This document shows, in pieces, positions 1 to 12,069 of a DNA stretch of 64,000 nucleotides (within the stretch, counting starts at the first letter, position 1; the number at the start of each line of letters is the position of its first letter). The stretch covers positions 1 to 64,000 of the forward strand of contig NIVC01001600.1 of NCBI GenBank assembly GCA_002269645.1. The letters are read 5' to 3'. Position numbers and translations under genes: made by a program. The notes beneath the pieces are model-generated. The model did not search any database and was not told the origin of the DNA. It saw only the letters and a program-made list of their open reading frames with translations. This DNA is from Macrostomum lignano. Lineage: Eukaryota.

Positions 1-749
1 GTACGATGTTAATTATATTATGAATGCAGTACATGCTTCATCAAACGAAGTGGTGGACAATCAGCGAAATACAAGGCTGAAGTCAGTCGTGATCAAAAGG
101 ATGCCCCGCCGTGCCGCCAACGACCCTGAGGCGCCGGCAAGCTCTGCTAAGGCGGCAGGCAGAGAAACCGTGGTGCCCAAAGCATCTTTAATTAAGCGAT
201 ATCCAGCTGGGTCGACTCCTACTCAATACGTTGCGGCGAAGAAACAGCGGCTCATCCAGCCAAAGCCGCCACAGCGGGAGCCGCCGACACCAGCGAGATC
301 GAGACCGCCGTCGCCGCGCCAGCGACTCCGCCGGCGGTGCACGTCAATCGGCGGCCGGCATCACAAGAACTAATGGCCTATGGCGCCAATTATTCAAGCA
401 TTCTGGCAGAAATCCCCGGCAGCAAGCACGATACCTACAAGCAACTGATCGGCCGACTCAAAACTTATTACATGAGAGTGGCGCTATTAAGGTTGGACGG
501 CCGAGATTTTCTGCCGCAAACCAACGAGGCCGAGACCCCGCTCCGCGAACTGCAGGCCGCATTTAGCCACGAACAGGCCGTAGCCGCCTGGAGGCGAGCG
601 GTCATGTATGCATTGCAGTCAATCATGCAATCAGGGTGGGCGCACCAGCAACTGCAGCTACGCCATGAAGTCTGCTGGACAGCAGAGCTCATCGGCTGGC
701 CAGTCCGGCACAGCCTACCGGTTGAGTTCGGAATGAACGTTAATAACTA

Positions 750-1145
750 AATAACTATTACTCATTTTGACAACATGCTCTATTACTACTTATTGCTTAT
801 TTGCTTATTTGATATATGCCTTTGCTCACTTTGCTTATATGAACTTACTGCTTATGTGCCCCTATCGCTTATTTTGCTTATAACCTACCTATTGCTAATA
901 TGTATACCTATTGCTTAATTTGCTTATCTCGCTTATTTTCGTTTATCTTATTGCTCATACTTATTGATTATGCTCACACTCATAATAATCCTGCTTCTTT
1001 GCGTTGCTCACTATACTTATTATTGTTTAATACTCTCGAACGTGCGTATATTCAATGTATATATCCTTACCGATTCTCATTTGTATACTACTTATAATAC
1101 TATGTTAAATTTTTTCACTCATATTTTTATTCGAAAATTTAAGTA
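750..1145. repeat. AT-rich degenerate TTGCTTA/TTGCTCA low-complexity tract
   Basis: Many imperfect ttgctta/tgctca/cttat units; the ORFs over it are compositional artefacts. Confidence 0.6.
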
Positions 1146-1320
1146 AGGGAAGCCAGTTGAGGCAGAAGTTAATTACCCGGTAATCTCTACTAACAGTAGT
1201 TAAACGCGAGCAAAATTTCTCCACCAATCAAATAATTTCTCTAGTTTTGTTTAACTCATCAATTTTGTTTTAATGTAATCTTTCCCCTAAAATTTAGTAT
1301 ATAAAGGATGCGGTCGGCGC

Positions 1321-1350
1321 TGAAAATAAAACAACCTTCTCTGCTTGTTT
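1321..1350 (+). repeat. 30-bp direct repeat, left copy (candidate TSD of LINE copy 1)
   Basis: tgaaaataaaacaaccttctctgcttgttt is identical at 12901-12930; identity stops on both sides. Confidence 0.75.
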
Positions 1351-1499
1351 TGTAGGGCCTCTTTTTGCTTGTTTTGTAGCCTCTCCGGTGACAAGCAAGC
1401 ACTTGACAACAAGCTATAATCGTTATCCACAGTGTGGGGCGACGTATACCTACTTGTCAATTTCAAACTTACTCACTTGGGTCGTTACAATCTCCTGGC

Positions 1500-1715
1500 G
1501 ACTGGCGGCTCTCCTGGCGACTGGCGGCTCTCTGACGGCACTCGGCTCTCGGCTCGGCTTCTGGCTCGGCTCGGCTCGGCTCGGCTCGACCAGCGGCTCG
1601 ACCAGGCTCGGCGACTCGGCTAGGCGGTCCGGCGCGGCGGCGGCGGCGCGACTAGGCGGCGCGGCTCGGTGACGCAGCCAGCGGCGGCTCGGCAACGGCT
1701 CGTCGACTCGGCCAC
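1500..1715. repeat. GC-rich (GGCTC)n/(GGC)n low-complexity tract
   Basis: Repeated cggctcggct units visible directly. Confidence 0.8.
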
Positions 1716-3201
1716 GGCTTTGTTGTTAAACGGGGGTGGGAAGCTTTGCTACCCGCGGATCAGCCCTGGGAGGGGCTCTGCCGCAGAGGGCACTGCCAAG
1801 GGCACAGATAAGACTGTGTACCCGAGATACCCGAAACACCAATTTAGTTGGGCCCCAGCTTAAAGCTAGGGAAAGGGCGAGGGACTTCAAGCCTATGGTA
1901 CAAGACACCGCCAAACCAACAGTGGAATCAGGGACGGTGCTAGGACCGAATCCACCCAGACCATCCCCCCAGCCAGCAAGTCTTTTGGGTGTGCGCAGAG
2001 AAATTTGAAAACGAAAAGTTTGGGATACTACTGAAAGCGGTCCAAGTGAGGAACTACTCCTAAACCTTGGAAATGGCTTAAACTATTGGAGCGAGTCTGG
2101 GCAGCTAATTTACCAAGAGCGATCCTATACAGCACCCGTCAACTGTAGGTCTCGAGCCTCAAGGCTTTTCACTACCCAGCTCTATTTTGGAGTGAGTCTG
2201 GAAGGCTTGTATCCGAGGGGGAGACTCCAGGCGGGAAGACCGTTCACCTCTATTGCTGCCAACCCAAGGGCATCGCCTATCCAGCTCATTATTGGGGGCC
2301 AGGCCAAGGGGTCGGGAGAAGAGGCACCCAGGGCAAGAGGACTCCGGACTCAGCCGGTTGTCCCCGGTACGGGACGAACATCCTTCCCAGGACACCAATC
2401 CACTGTCAGGATGAGAGCCAGAGACACGCAAGCAGGGACCTTACAGCAGGAGCCAGGAGATGGACCCGAGGACAGGGCAAGATGGACCGGGCGAGGGCAG
2501 AGCTCATAACTCCAGAGAAATTGGATTTGGCTCAAGGCCTAATTAAGCTAAAACTAGATAAAAGCAGGGGATAAAACCGCGCTGGGATGCCAGCCCAGAA
2601 AAAAAGAATGGCAGTGGGGAGGAGCACCATAGCCCTAAAGCAGGCAGCTTGCCGGCCTGCAGCCCGGGTGCTCAGCCTCAGGGCTGGCATGCTACTGGGT
2701 CTACCGTACACCTTTGTGAATAGGTCTTTCTTTCCTGCAGGGCGGGTTCGACCGGGGGCTCAGTCCCGTCCTAGCCACACTGCAGTCCAGAGAACCTACT
2801 CACTCCGGGCCCCCCCCCCTAAACCAAGGCCGAGGCCAAAAAAATGGTTAGAAATAAGAATAGGGTTTAGTATTTGTAATGGGCACAGCCCCTCCGGGGC
2901 GGACCCTTAAGAATTGGCTAGGCCAATCGGATTGCGCACAACCCTTAGACAAGCTGCCAGAGAGACAGCCAGGGTAAAAACAGTCAGAGGCTTCGCTCAG
3001 CGGCTTCCTCATCGGCCGGCCGGTCTCGCGCGAATCTGCTCCTAAAGCGACAGGCCAGGATAGCTTAAGGACTTATCTTGTATTTAGTCTACTTTGACCT
3101 ACTATCAGTAGTATTTTTTAAGTTTTATAAGTTTTATTATTAATAGTTTTATATTCTAAGGATTTTTTCTTGTAAAATAGGCCACTGTTTTATTAAGGTC
3201 A

Positions 3202-5392
3202 ATGAACGTTGAGTGTAACAGCAAACGCAGTGCCCGCGACACGGACTCACCTCCGATTGCGAACTCAAAAAAAGCCAATCACCGAGACTCAGCTGGTCCA
3301 AGCCGAAGATCCGAACCTAAGACCATGCTGTCTCCATCAAACGCGCCGCTGCCCGAGACGCCTCCGCAAACCGGCACGTCCAAAGGTGAGCGGGCTGAGC
3401 CTTTGCCTCCCCCTAAAAGGGACAGTTTAGAGGTTAGAAAAGAACATGGTAAAACAACTATAATACGAATTCCAATAGCTGACAAGACTGATGAGAAAAC
3501 TGTCACATTGCCAAACAACAGCAACATCTGCTACTACCCGGTTGCTCTTAAGAGCTCGGAAAATCAAATACTCAAAATACTAACCGACGAAATCCAGGCC
3601 AAAAGCCTTTCACCATCTCACAAAAGGCCGTCCTGAAGCCCGCAAAATTGTATGGTTCAGGCCAGAATATAGCTACGGGGAACTAAGATTCCGGCCAATG
3701 ACGACTGGCACCCGTTGGTTACTAGTCTTGCTACTTGGCTGAGCGCTGAGTTTGGTCTACCCGTCTTCAACTCATGCCTCGTAAATTATTACAAAGATGG
3801 GTCCGTGCACATTCCTTGGCACTCAGACGATGAAGACGAACTAGGGGCTAATCCGACCATAGCCTCTATCTCTATTGGTGCCGCACGTGACTTCCACTTA
3901 CGAACCAAAGGCTCCACCAACATCGCTTGGTCCCAAAAACTCGCCAGTGGTTCTCTGCTGGTAATGGGGGGTGCGACACAGGCACACTTCCAGCACGCCG
4001 TCCTTAAGGACCTAAAAGTCAAAGAGGCAAGAGTAAATCTAACATTCAGGCTAACGTATGATAGCAGAATCCCACCTGATCCTGCTCCTGCTTCTGCTCT
4101 TGCAAACCCTTGCGTGCAGCCTCTTGACAACGATATCACCTGCGATCTGGACGACGAAAATTCGGTTCGTCGCAGAGCAGAGCAAGAAGCCGAAAATCTG
4201 AAAAAGATCAGATCACGTTCGAACAGCTGCACTTCGGGGCACAAATCAAGCACTCAGCAATCTCAAACAGCTAACCAGCTCACTGGCTCTCAGCAGTCAG
4301 CCACTCAGTCTAGCACCAAACAACACACTCAATCAGGCACTCAGCAACATTCAACAAACACTCAGCAGGCACACTCTGTCAAATCAGCCATCAGGTACAC
4401 TACAGTCAGCCACTCAGTCTAGCACTCTGCCGAAGCACTCAGCAACTCTGCAACCACATGCAAACAATCAGCAGACACTTCAGACACTCAGCAATCAGGC
4501 GACCAAACTCAACCACCTAACAACTACAAGCTGCCAGCTACTCAGCAACCTAACATTCACCAATCTAACCAATCTAGCCAACTAAACTCTACAACTCTAA
4601 ACTACCATCCTAAAACTAATAATACTCAAAAATCTACTAACTCAGCACCTGTCATCTTTGAAATCGACCAAGAAGGCAAAGATCCCATCAAATTCGAATG
4701 GTTTCTGAAAACAAATTTCCCAGACGTTCGCATCAGGTCGGTTAAGGACCTATACCATAGCTCCGGCTACATCGTGATTCCAGATCACCCTAAGGACTTC
4801 AACACACTATTAACAGCTATTCTCAAAATAAATAAAATTAATAACCACGAAGTCACGCGACGCACAGCAGCCAAAAGGCCAATAAGACAAGGAGATGATC
4901 AGGCGCGTGCTCCACTAAAATCACCAACAACGTACTCGTTTATCGTAAAACATGTGCCAATCACCGTAGACGCACACATGCTAGCCAAACACTTGGCAGA
5001 CTCAGAGCAGCAACTACCAATTGACGGCGCTGTGCGCATTGTCTCTAGGGCAACTGGTGCACCTACTCCGCACATCCGCCTCTTCACTAAGAGCAAGGGC
5101 ACGATGGAAAGATGCATCCAGCATGGAGTCTACCTTGGTTACAGCAAATTTAAATGCGAAGAGTCTATTAATTTAGCTCCGGTAAAAGCAATCCAATGTA
5201 AAAAATGTCAGAGATTAGGGCATCATGAAAACAGATGCACAGCAACCTACAGGTGTAACAAATGTGCGGGAGATCACTATTCTGCAGACTGCCCGAAAGA
5301 AAGCAAATTTAAATGCGCAAACTGCGGCGAAAGAACACCCAGCTTACTCATATAGATGTAGTAAAGTAAAGAAGCGAACGAAATTGCCATTA
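3202..5392 (+). pseudogene. LINE ORF1 copy 1: AlkB dioxygenase + Q/S/T-rich linker + RRM-like + 3xCCHC (frameshifts near 3620, 4420, 5328)
   Basis: AlkB: PEARKIVWF..YSYGG, NSCLVNYYKDG, WHSDDE, HAV, RVNLTFR. C-terminal part: FIVKHVP, CKKCQRLGHHENRC, CNKCAGDHYSADC, CANCG-EH. Confidence 0.9.
3622..4050 (+). CDS. AlkB (ALKBH2/3-like 2OG-Fe(II) oxygenase) domain, copy 1
   Basis: HSD (3820-3828), distal H in HAV, RxNLTFR all present. Confidence 0.93.
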
Positions 5393-7975
5393 CCCGCCTG
5401 GATAGCCGATCGGTTGTCGTCGCGCCGTCGTCCGCATTGGTCCGCGTTTGGTGGTCGATTTCCGGACAAATGCAGCTTTTCGTCCGTATTCATCCGGTTT
5501 AAGCTGCCGGACAAAGTAGCGGGCCAGTTTCCGGATCAGAGCCGGACAAAGTGGTGATTTTTTTACTTAATTGGTCCATTTTAGTCCGGAATTATATCCG
5601 CTTGTTTACCCGGACAAAAACCGGATGAAGCGTCGGATGACTTTACGGATGACTAGCCGGATGAATTGTCACTGTCGTCCGAAAAGTCATCCGCATTTTA
5701 ATCCGGGCTGTCGCCCGCCTAACAACCGGACGAAGAGCGGATATGTTTCCGGGTGATAGTGGAGCACGTGGAATTGAATAGTGGAAAATGGCACCTTTCT
5801 CCTACTTGTATGCCCACAGTTTGTAACACATGTTCCAGAAACAGCAGCACAACGTGTTCTATTTCTTATGCTCCAAGTTCTACAGAAAAATATACTTCTC
5901 CGTATGACATTTCCCACGTTCTGATTTTGATGGAGACTTCGATGTTGTTCGATGCCTTCGCATCTTTTGCATGTGTGCAACACATTAGATAGTACACTAT
6001 GTTAGATAGGGATCATAGAGGTCTTGGAAACAGCGGGTATTGTTGGACAAAATTGGTCTCGTCCGAGTTGTTACTGAAATGCAGAAATTCAGAAACATGT
6101 CGTCCATTCTATACGTGGATAGATGAATAGGTCACACAGCAGATAGTGCTACAGTGAATATGCGCATCTAGACATCATAAACCAACCCAATCTCTTTCAG
6201 TACTGCACGACTCGCAAACTGCATGGACAATTCAGATTTACCGCGCGGTTACAGCGGAGGCAGTACATGCGAGAGTACATGCGGCAGCGTGCGTTGGCCA
6301 ATTCAAATAGTCGACAAGAAGGTTCGCGATCACCTCTGCGTCCAACCGCAGGAACTTCTGCAGATGTCGACTCCGGCGAAGTCCAGTCCGGCGGCGCAGG
6401 CACCAGTGGACTGCTGCAGTCGTCGCAGCTGCAAGCGGATCCGCCTCTACATCTACAGTATCTCGATCTCGAGATGAGCAGTCTGTATACCTGCCTATAG
6501 ACAATCCAGAGTCCGACGACGGTGGCGCACAGGCCGATGGCCGCAATGGGGACCCGGTGTCGAGCTCTGACAGCACTTCGGACGGGGATTCTTCCTCTAG
6601 TGGTGAGTCCCAGTCAGAGAGTTGGCTTATCGTGGATTGTGGATCCATCCCAATGGCTCATGTTTGATACTTTTGTGTTACCTGCACGTTGCACTCACAC
6701 TGTCCACCGAACACATGCGCACTACGCTCACCACACACAATATATTCCTCCCAGGTTCGCAGTCTGTTGACGGCCAGAGCACAGACTCCGACAACGACGA
6801 GGACGTCCCGGGGTTTCCAGGAGTCAATTGGCACGACGCTCTGCCCGTTTCGCTCGGAGAGGCGATTTGGGAGGTCAGCTCCTGCGCGAGGAACTGAACC
6901 TGACAGTTAGCGGGACGACAAGGCTGCTTTCACTACTGCACAGGCTAGTACCCGACAACCGCCTTCCTCAGCACGGACGAACATTGCGTGAAACTTTGAA
7001 GAAGAGGGGAACAATCTCGGGGTCGTCAACATGTTACACTGTCCGCAACGACTGTTATCTACATTCCGAGCAGCGCTGCGATCCAGGAAATTCTAATTGT
7101 GCGCACTGTACGTCGGAAAATGTGGCCAACTTCTGGTTATTCGACATACCTGCGCAGATCCGAACATTCGTTGAATCTCGCGGTCTTCTACAGAGCGTAA
7201 CATTTCCGATTGAACGGCTTGCACTGGACGAAGAGAAGCTGCACTTTGCCAACAGCGAACTGTACAAGTCGTTTCTCGAGAACATCGAACCCGAGACTCG
7301 GAGCGACCTTACATACACCATCTGTGCAGACGGATTTCCTCTTTTCTGCACTAGCAATGTCGAGGTGTGCCCCGTCTATCTGAGTATTAACGAAGTGCAC
7401 GAGCGGCTGAAGCTCCGATTCGTGATGAAGTGTGGCGTGTGGGCCGGCAAGAAAAAGGTCCATGCCGCCGCCTTTCTGCCAATCGTCGTAAATGCACTGA
7501 ATACTCTGCGCTTCGATGGTGTACAGTATATCGACAGCCTCGGGGTTCAGCGTCGATTGCATCTGCATCCGCTAATGGCGCTGTTCGACGCTCCAGCGAG
7601 AGCGGACGCTCTGTGCATGAAGCGTTTCTCGGCTATCTACGGATGCGAGAAGTGCTACATCCGGACATCATTGCATCCATCAGGCCATGGACGAGTCTAC
7701 GGCGTCGGGGTTACTGACGCGATGCTTAATCAGGCCAGACGTCTAGGATGCGTTCAGACTGTAGTGCGGTCGACCAGCGACACTCACACTCTCGCTGAGC
7801 AGCACGCACAGCAGGGTGGCGACATTCGGACTGACGTCCTCGGTGTCCGTGGCCTGTCACCGCTGTCTCGACTGCACGGGTTTGACTTTGTCCGCGGCTG
7901 TCCACCGTGTTTCCTGCACCAGTTGTGCTCCGGCCTGGTACGCAATATTTTGTACCAGCTGTTCCTCTGGTACGG
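5393..7975 (+). mobile_element. CACTA/EnSpm-like DNA transposon, left part (right end lost)
   Basis: Starts CCCGCC exactly where LINE ORF1 homology stops; dense CCGGAC/CCGGAT subterminal repeats 5460-5755; transposase downstream. Confidence 0.75.
6828..7975 (+). CDS. CACTA/EnSpm-type transposase (main exon, truncated by Gypsy remnant)
   Basis: ICADGFPLF..VCPVYLSINE, FDAPARA..KRFSAIYGCEKC, PPCFLHQLCSG motifs typical of animal EnSpm/Mirage-like transposases. Confidence 0.85.
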
Positions 7976-9812
7976 CCCTAGCGCTTGTGGGGACCAACGC
8001 CTGTTGATTCCAGGTCGTGCCGTCGCTCAGCCGGTACGCGGCGCCGGCCTTGGTCATGATCTGTAGCGGGCCGGACAGTCTCGTGGCCAGCTTGCCCTTC
8101 TTGATGGGCCGCCGCACTCGGACCCAATCGCCTGGTCGGAGGTCGCTGACTCGCGCCCGGCGGCGTAGGTCCGTGTAGCGCTTGGTCCGCTGTTGCCGGT
8201 CGTAGATGGTCTCGCGCAGTCGCCATCCTTCGTCCGTCTCATTGATGTCTTTGGGCGGCGCCAGGGCAGTCAGCATCGTCCGCATCGATCGCCCTAGCAT
8301 GAGCTCGGCGGGCTCCTGCCCGTCAGGCTGTGCGGCGTGCTCCGGTAGACCTCCAGGAACTGGGTGATGGCGTCGGACAGCGGCGTGCAGTCCTCCTTGG
8401 CCGCTCGAATGCTGCCAGCCACTTCCAGTTTGTCGAGCTCGGCCTCCACCAGCTGCTGCTCGATGACGGGCTTGTGCACGGCTCCGCTGCAGCAGCCGAT
8501 CTGCTCGCTAAGGGCCGCTGGAAACTGCCTCTCCAGCTGCTCCACGACGCTGTTCACCTCGCTGACGTCCTCGGAGAGGCTCACATGGAAACCGAGCTTA
8601 TCCATGAGGTCTCGGCCTGCGATGTTGTCGCCGTGCTTCGCGATGTAGAATAGGTGTTGCAGCGACCGGTTGTTGTGCTTAACGGGGACCACCGCTTGGC
8701 CCACGAGATCGATCAGCTTGCCGCCGTATGCGCGCAGCTTCATCGTTGTCGGCTGAGGTAGCACCTCGGTCAGGAGCGCGGCCGTGTCGGCGTTCAACAG
8801 TGACACCTTGGCGCCGCAGTCGATCAGAGTATTGACCGGCACCTCTGCTTGTCCGAACCGCAGCTGCGCACGGATCTCACCGTCTCCCTGCACGGCGTAT
8901 ATAGTGACCGCCTCGTCCGGGCCGTCCTGAGCCTGGCCGGTCACTTGGAGCGCCTTGCTCCGGCAGCAACGGCTGAAATGGTTCATTTTGCCGCAGCTGT
9001 TGCAGGACTGCCCCTTCGCTGGGCAGTTGCCGTCGCCGTGACTGCGTCCGCAGCGAGAGCAGGCCTTGGCGGCGGGTCGACTTTGCTGGCCTTTCTTAGC
9101 TGGCTCCGCCGCGCCGCTCCACTTCGCCTTTGGCTTCTGCGCCTGCCGGACCGCGTGCACGGGCTCCGTCTCCATCAGAGCCTGACAGCCCTTTGACGCC
9201 TTCTCGATGGTGACGGCGATGGCGAGGGCCCTCTCCAGCGTGAGAGTAGCCGCGTCTTCCGTCAGCAGTCGCTCTCGGATGCGAGCGCTGCCAGTCTTCT
9301 CTGCCAGTTGGTCTCTGATGAGCTGGTCTCGGAGATTTCCGTACTCGCAGGGCTCGGCCAGCTCCCTGAGCGCGGCCACGAAGGACTCTGCGTCTTCGCC
9401 GGGCAGCTGGTGTCGTTGGCGGAATCGGAAGCGAGCCACCATCACGTTGGGCTTCTCTCCGAAGATCCCGCCCGTCCAGCTTTGCCTTCGCCTCCTTGAA
9501 GGAATCTCCCTCCGTGAGTGCTTGTCTCGCCTTGGCAATGCGCTGGCCTTCGAATCCGAGCAGGTGGAGCAGCAGATTCCTCTTTGTGGGTTCCGCCTCG
9601 GATTGCCCCTCCGGCTCCCGAAACTGGGATGCCGTGTAGAAGAATTCGAACGCGTCCAGCCATCTTGGCCACGGGACTGCCGGTTGGCCGCTCACGGGAA
9701 GAAAAGGCGCTGGTGCTGGAAGGCTGGGTCCGCTCATCCTCGTCGCCAATGTGGTGTCTCAACAGACTAACACAGGAAAACACGAGTACGTGGCAGGTAA
9801 GACTTTTTTTGC
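7976..9812 (-). mobile_element. Gypsy (Mag-like) LTR retrotransposon remnant: partial 5' LTR, PBS, gag, protease, integrase C-terminus; RT/RNase H/IN core deleted
   Basis: Gag PxxPFL..WPRWLDAFE, RFRFRQRHQLPGE, CSRCGRSH/CNSCGKMNHFSRCC; protease LIDCGAKVSL; IN tail YRSTPHSLTG and LRPGDWVRV. Confidence 0.88.
9735..9748 (-). promoter_or_regulatory. Primer binding site complementary to tRNA-Ser(GCU) 3' end
   Basis: Minus strand reads ...CACCACA-T-TGGCGACGAGGATG: LTR end CA, 1-nt spacer, 14-nt match to the known tRNA-Ser(GCU) 3' end. Confidence 0.8.
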
Positions 9813-10039
9813 CGGGAAAAAGGTATGAGCTCCACTTAGGGCAACCCGCGCTTATATTTGATATTTAACAGTAAATTGTTACACGATCGATAAATTTAAC
9901 CGCCAAAATGTCACGTGATTAAAAATACGTTTCACAATACAATATACGAATAATTTATTAACTGCACTACTTAAAGTAGAGTAGTAAGAAAAAGTAAGAA
10001 AAGGTTAGTTAGACGAACGGCCCTTTTACGGGCTCCTAG

Positions 10040-12069
10040 TCACGACACAACACTTAGCAACCAACAGCTTCTCAGTTGTAGATTCTCCACACCTGAGGAC
10101 CTAGATAAAGCGGTTGATCTGCTAAATCAGTGCATTCATGACACCATTGAGGATGTTGTACCCAACCGGGACCCTAGGGAGCAGCTTCCCCCAGATATTA
10201 TTAACAAAATTAAGCATAGGAGGAAAATTAGAAAATTATTCAAAAAACTAGAATAGACGACTTCAGAGTTCAAGCCAATCAAGCAGCTAAAGAAATACGA
10301 AATGCCATACGTATGCATAGATATAGGAAATTCGAAGATCTATGCCACAAAATTGCTAAAACTAGTTACAAAAAAAACCCAAAAAATTTTGGATTGACAT
10401 CAAAAAGATGACAGGAGAAAGGTCCAAAATGATCAACTATCCCCTTCTAGTCTACAAGGATTCGCATGCCGAGACTGAGGCAGAAAAAGCTTCACTCTTC
10501 AGCGACTTTCTAAAAGATCAAATGCAATCTCACCCCAACCAAGACTCGCTTATCTACGAAAAAGTCAGCAAGTACAAAGATCATGAGATCTTCAAACCCC
10601 ATAAAAATATAATCGCGGCACTTTCATACCATAAAGAGCACGCGAACCCGATTGATCCAGATAAAGAAGATATCGAAAGCGATATCCTAAACATTACTGA
10701 CCAGGACGTGCTCTGGGAGAGCAGAAAACTTAGGTCAGGAGGAGCTCCCGGTCCGGATAGAATTCCTAACATGGTTTTGAAATATGGTCTCAGCCCGGAC
10801 TCCATCAGAGTGCTCGCAAAAATTTACAACTCTAGTTTTCTCATAGGATACTTCCCTAAACAATGGAAAAAGGCCATCATCAAGATGATCCCTAAACCAA
10901 ACAAATCCAAAAATCTCGTGGAAAGCTATAGACCCATCAGCCTAACCTCCTGTGTTGGTAAACTTTACGAGAAGATTCTAGCTAAAAACCTTAGAATTAT
11001 CTTAGAAAACCTAGGAATTATTAATGAGGAACAATGTGCCTACAGATTCGATCACTGCACATATGACAATATAGTAAGACTCACCGACGATGTGCTGAAA
11101 ATGCTTCAGTTGAGGCAGTACACGTTGGGGGTCTTCTTTGATGTCAAAGGAGCCTTCGATGGAGTCTGGCTGGACTACCTTAAATATAAAATCTGGAAAA
11201 GTAAAATCCCGCACAACATGACACGAATTATAGTTGGAGGAGCCCGGGGCGAGGTCTTTCAGCCAACGGCGGGTGTCCCGCAGGGTGGGGTGCTCTCGCC
11301 CCTGCTCTTTATCATCTTCGCTAGCTCTATACCCAAGCCCACTGACAGCAAGGTCCGCTTTAGTCAGTTCGCTGACGACTTAGCAGTATGGGCCTCTGCC
11401 AGAAAATCCACTATGTCCGCTAAAAGGCTTAACTCATACTTCATTGTCCTCAAAAAGTGGCTTGACAATTTGGGCATAGTCATCAATCCCTCCAAAAGTA
11501 AAGCCATTTCCTTTTTCAAAGCTAATGGGAACAAAACAGGTCCAGACGATCCTCCAATTAAACTTGGACAAGACAAAATCAAGTACTATGATTCCGTCAC
11601 CTTCCTAGGGATGGTTCTTGACAAACAGCTTAACTTTAGGGCCCATATCGACAAGGTAGCTTGGTCTTCGACTGCCAAAATGGCTGCGCTAGCTAGGATG
11701 GCTAAGAACTCCAGGATTTCGCAACTGGCTCTTCGCCTCATCTATAGATCTTACATTGAGAGCACAATGACTTACGGCGCTCCAGTGCTCATCAATCTAC
11801 TGGCATCCCTTGTCAACAAGTTACAAATTCTGCAAAATAAGGCTCTTCGCCTCTCTATAGATGCTCCGCCTTATACTAAAATCACATACTTACACCAGGT
11901 CACCAAGATGCCTATGGTTAAGGATCGACTCCTCAATCTTGCTAAAAAATGGTACAAAAAAGCCCTGGAGAGTGAAATCCATGGGTTCAAAAATGACACC
12001 AAAGAATAGGCCAGACCTGGGTTCAGGGTCCCCTTTACTACTAAACTCAGACAGATTACGCAAATGTGA
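10040..12069 (+). pseudogene. LINE ORF2: post-endonuclease linker + reverse transcriptase (Jockey-like, no RNase H); APE missing
   Basis: APGPDRI, YRPISLTSCVGKLYEK, FFDVKGAFDGVW, GVPQGGVLSPLL, QFADD, TFLGMVLD. Linker FSTPEDLDK..RDPREQLP matches 63190-63295. 36-bp deletion and premature TAG at 12007-12009 relative to the 54-56 kb copy. Confidence 0.92.

Noticed and set aside
20-60. SSNEVVD-like match to the antisense ORF at 28450-28701
   Set aside because: Only ~19 nt with mismatches, and the second is antisense UTR; probably chance.
337-750. 137-aa ORF and overlapping ORFs at the window start
   Set aside because: No recognisable motif or splice context; cannot assign a product.
3622-4050. 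AlkB as a host ALKBH2/3 gene
   Set aside because: Intronless, fused to LINE ORF1 domains, three diverged copies with TE-type UTRs.
8330-9783. Numerous long overlapping ORFs in GC-rich Gypsy, PLE and mariner regions
   Set aside because: Shadow frames of the recognised TE genes.
9811-10033. Possible small MITE or right TIR of the first CACTA element
   Set aside because: Ends match each other weakly and do not match CCCGCCTGGATAGC.
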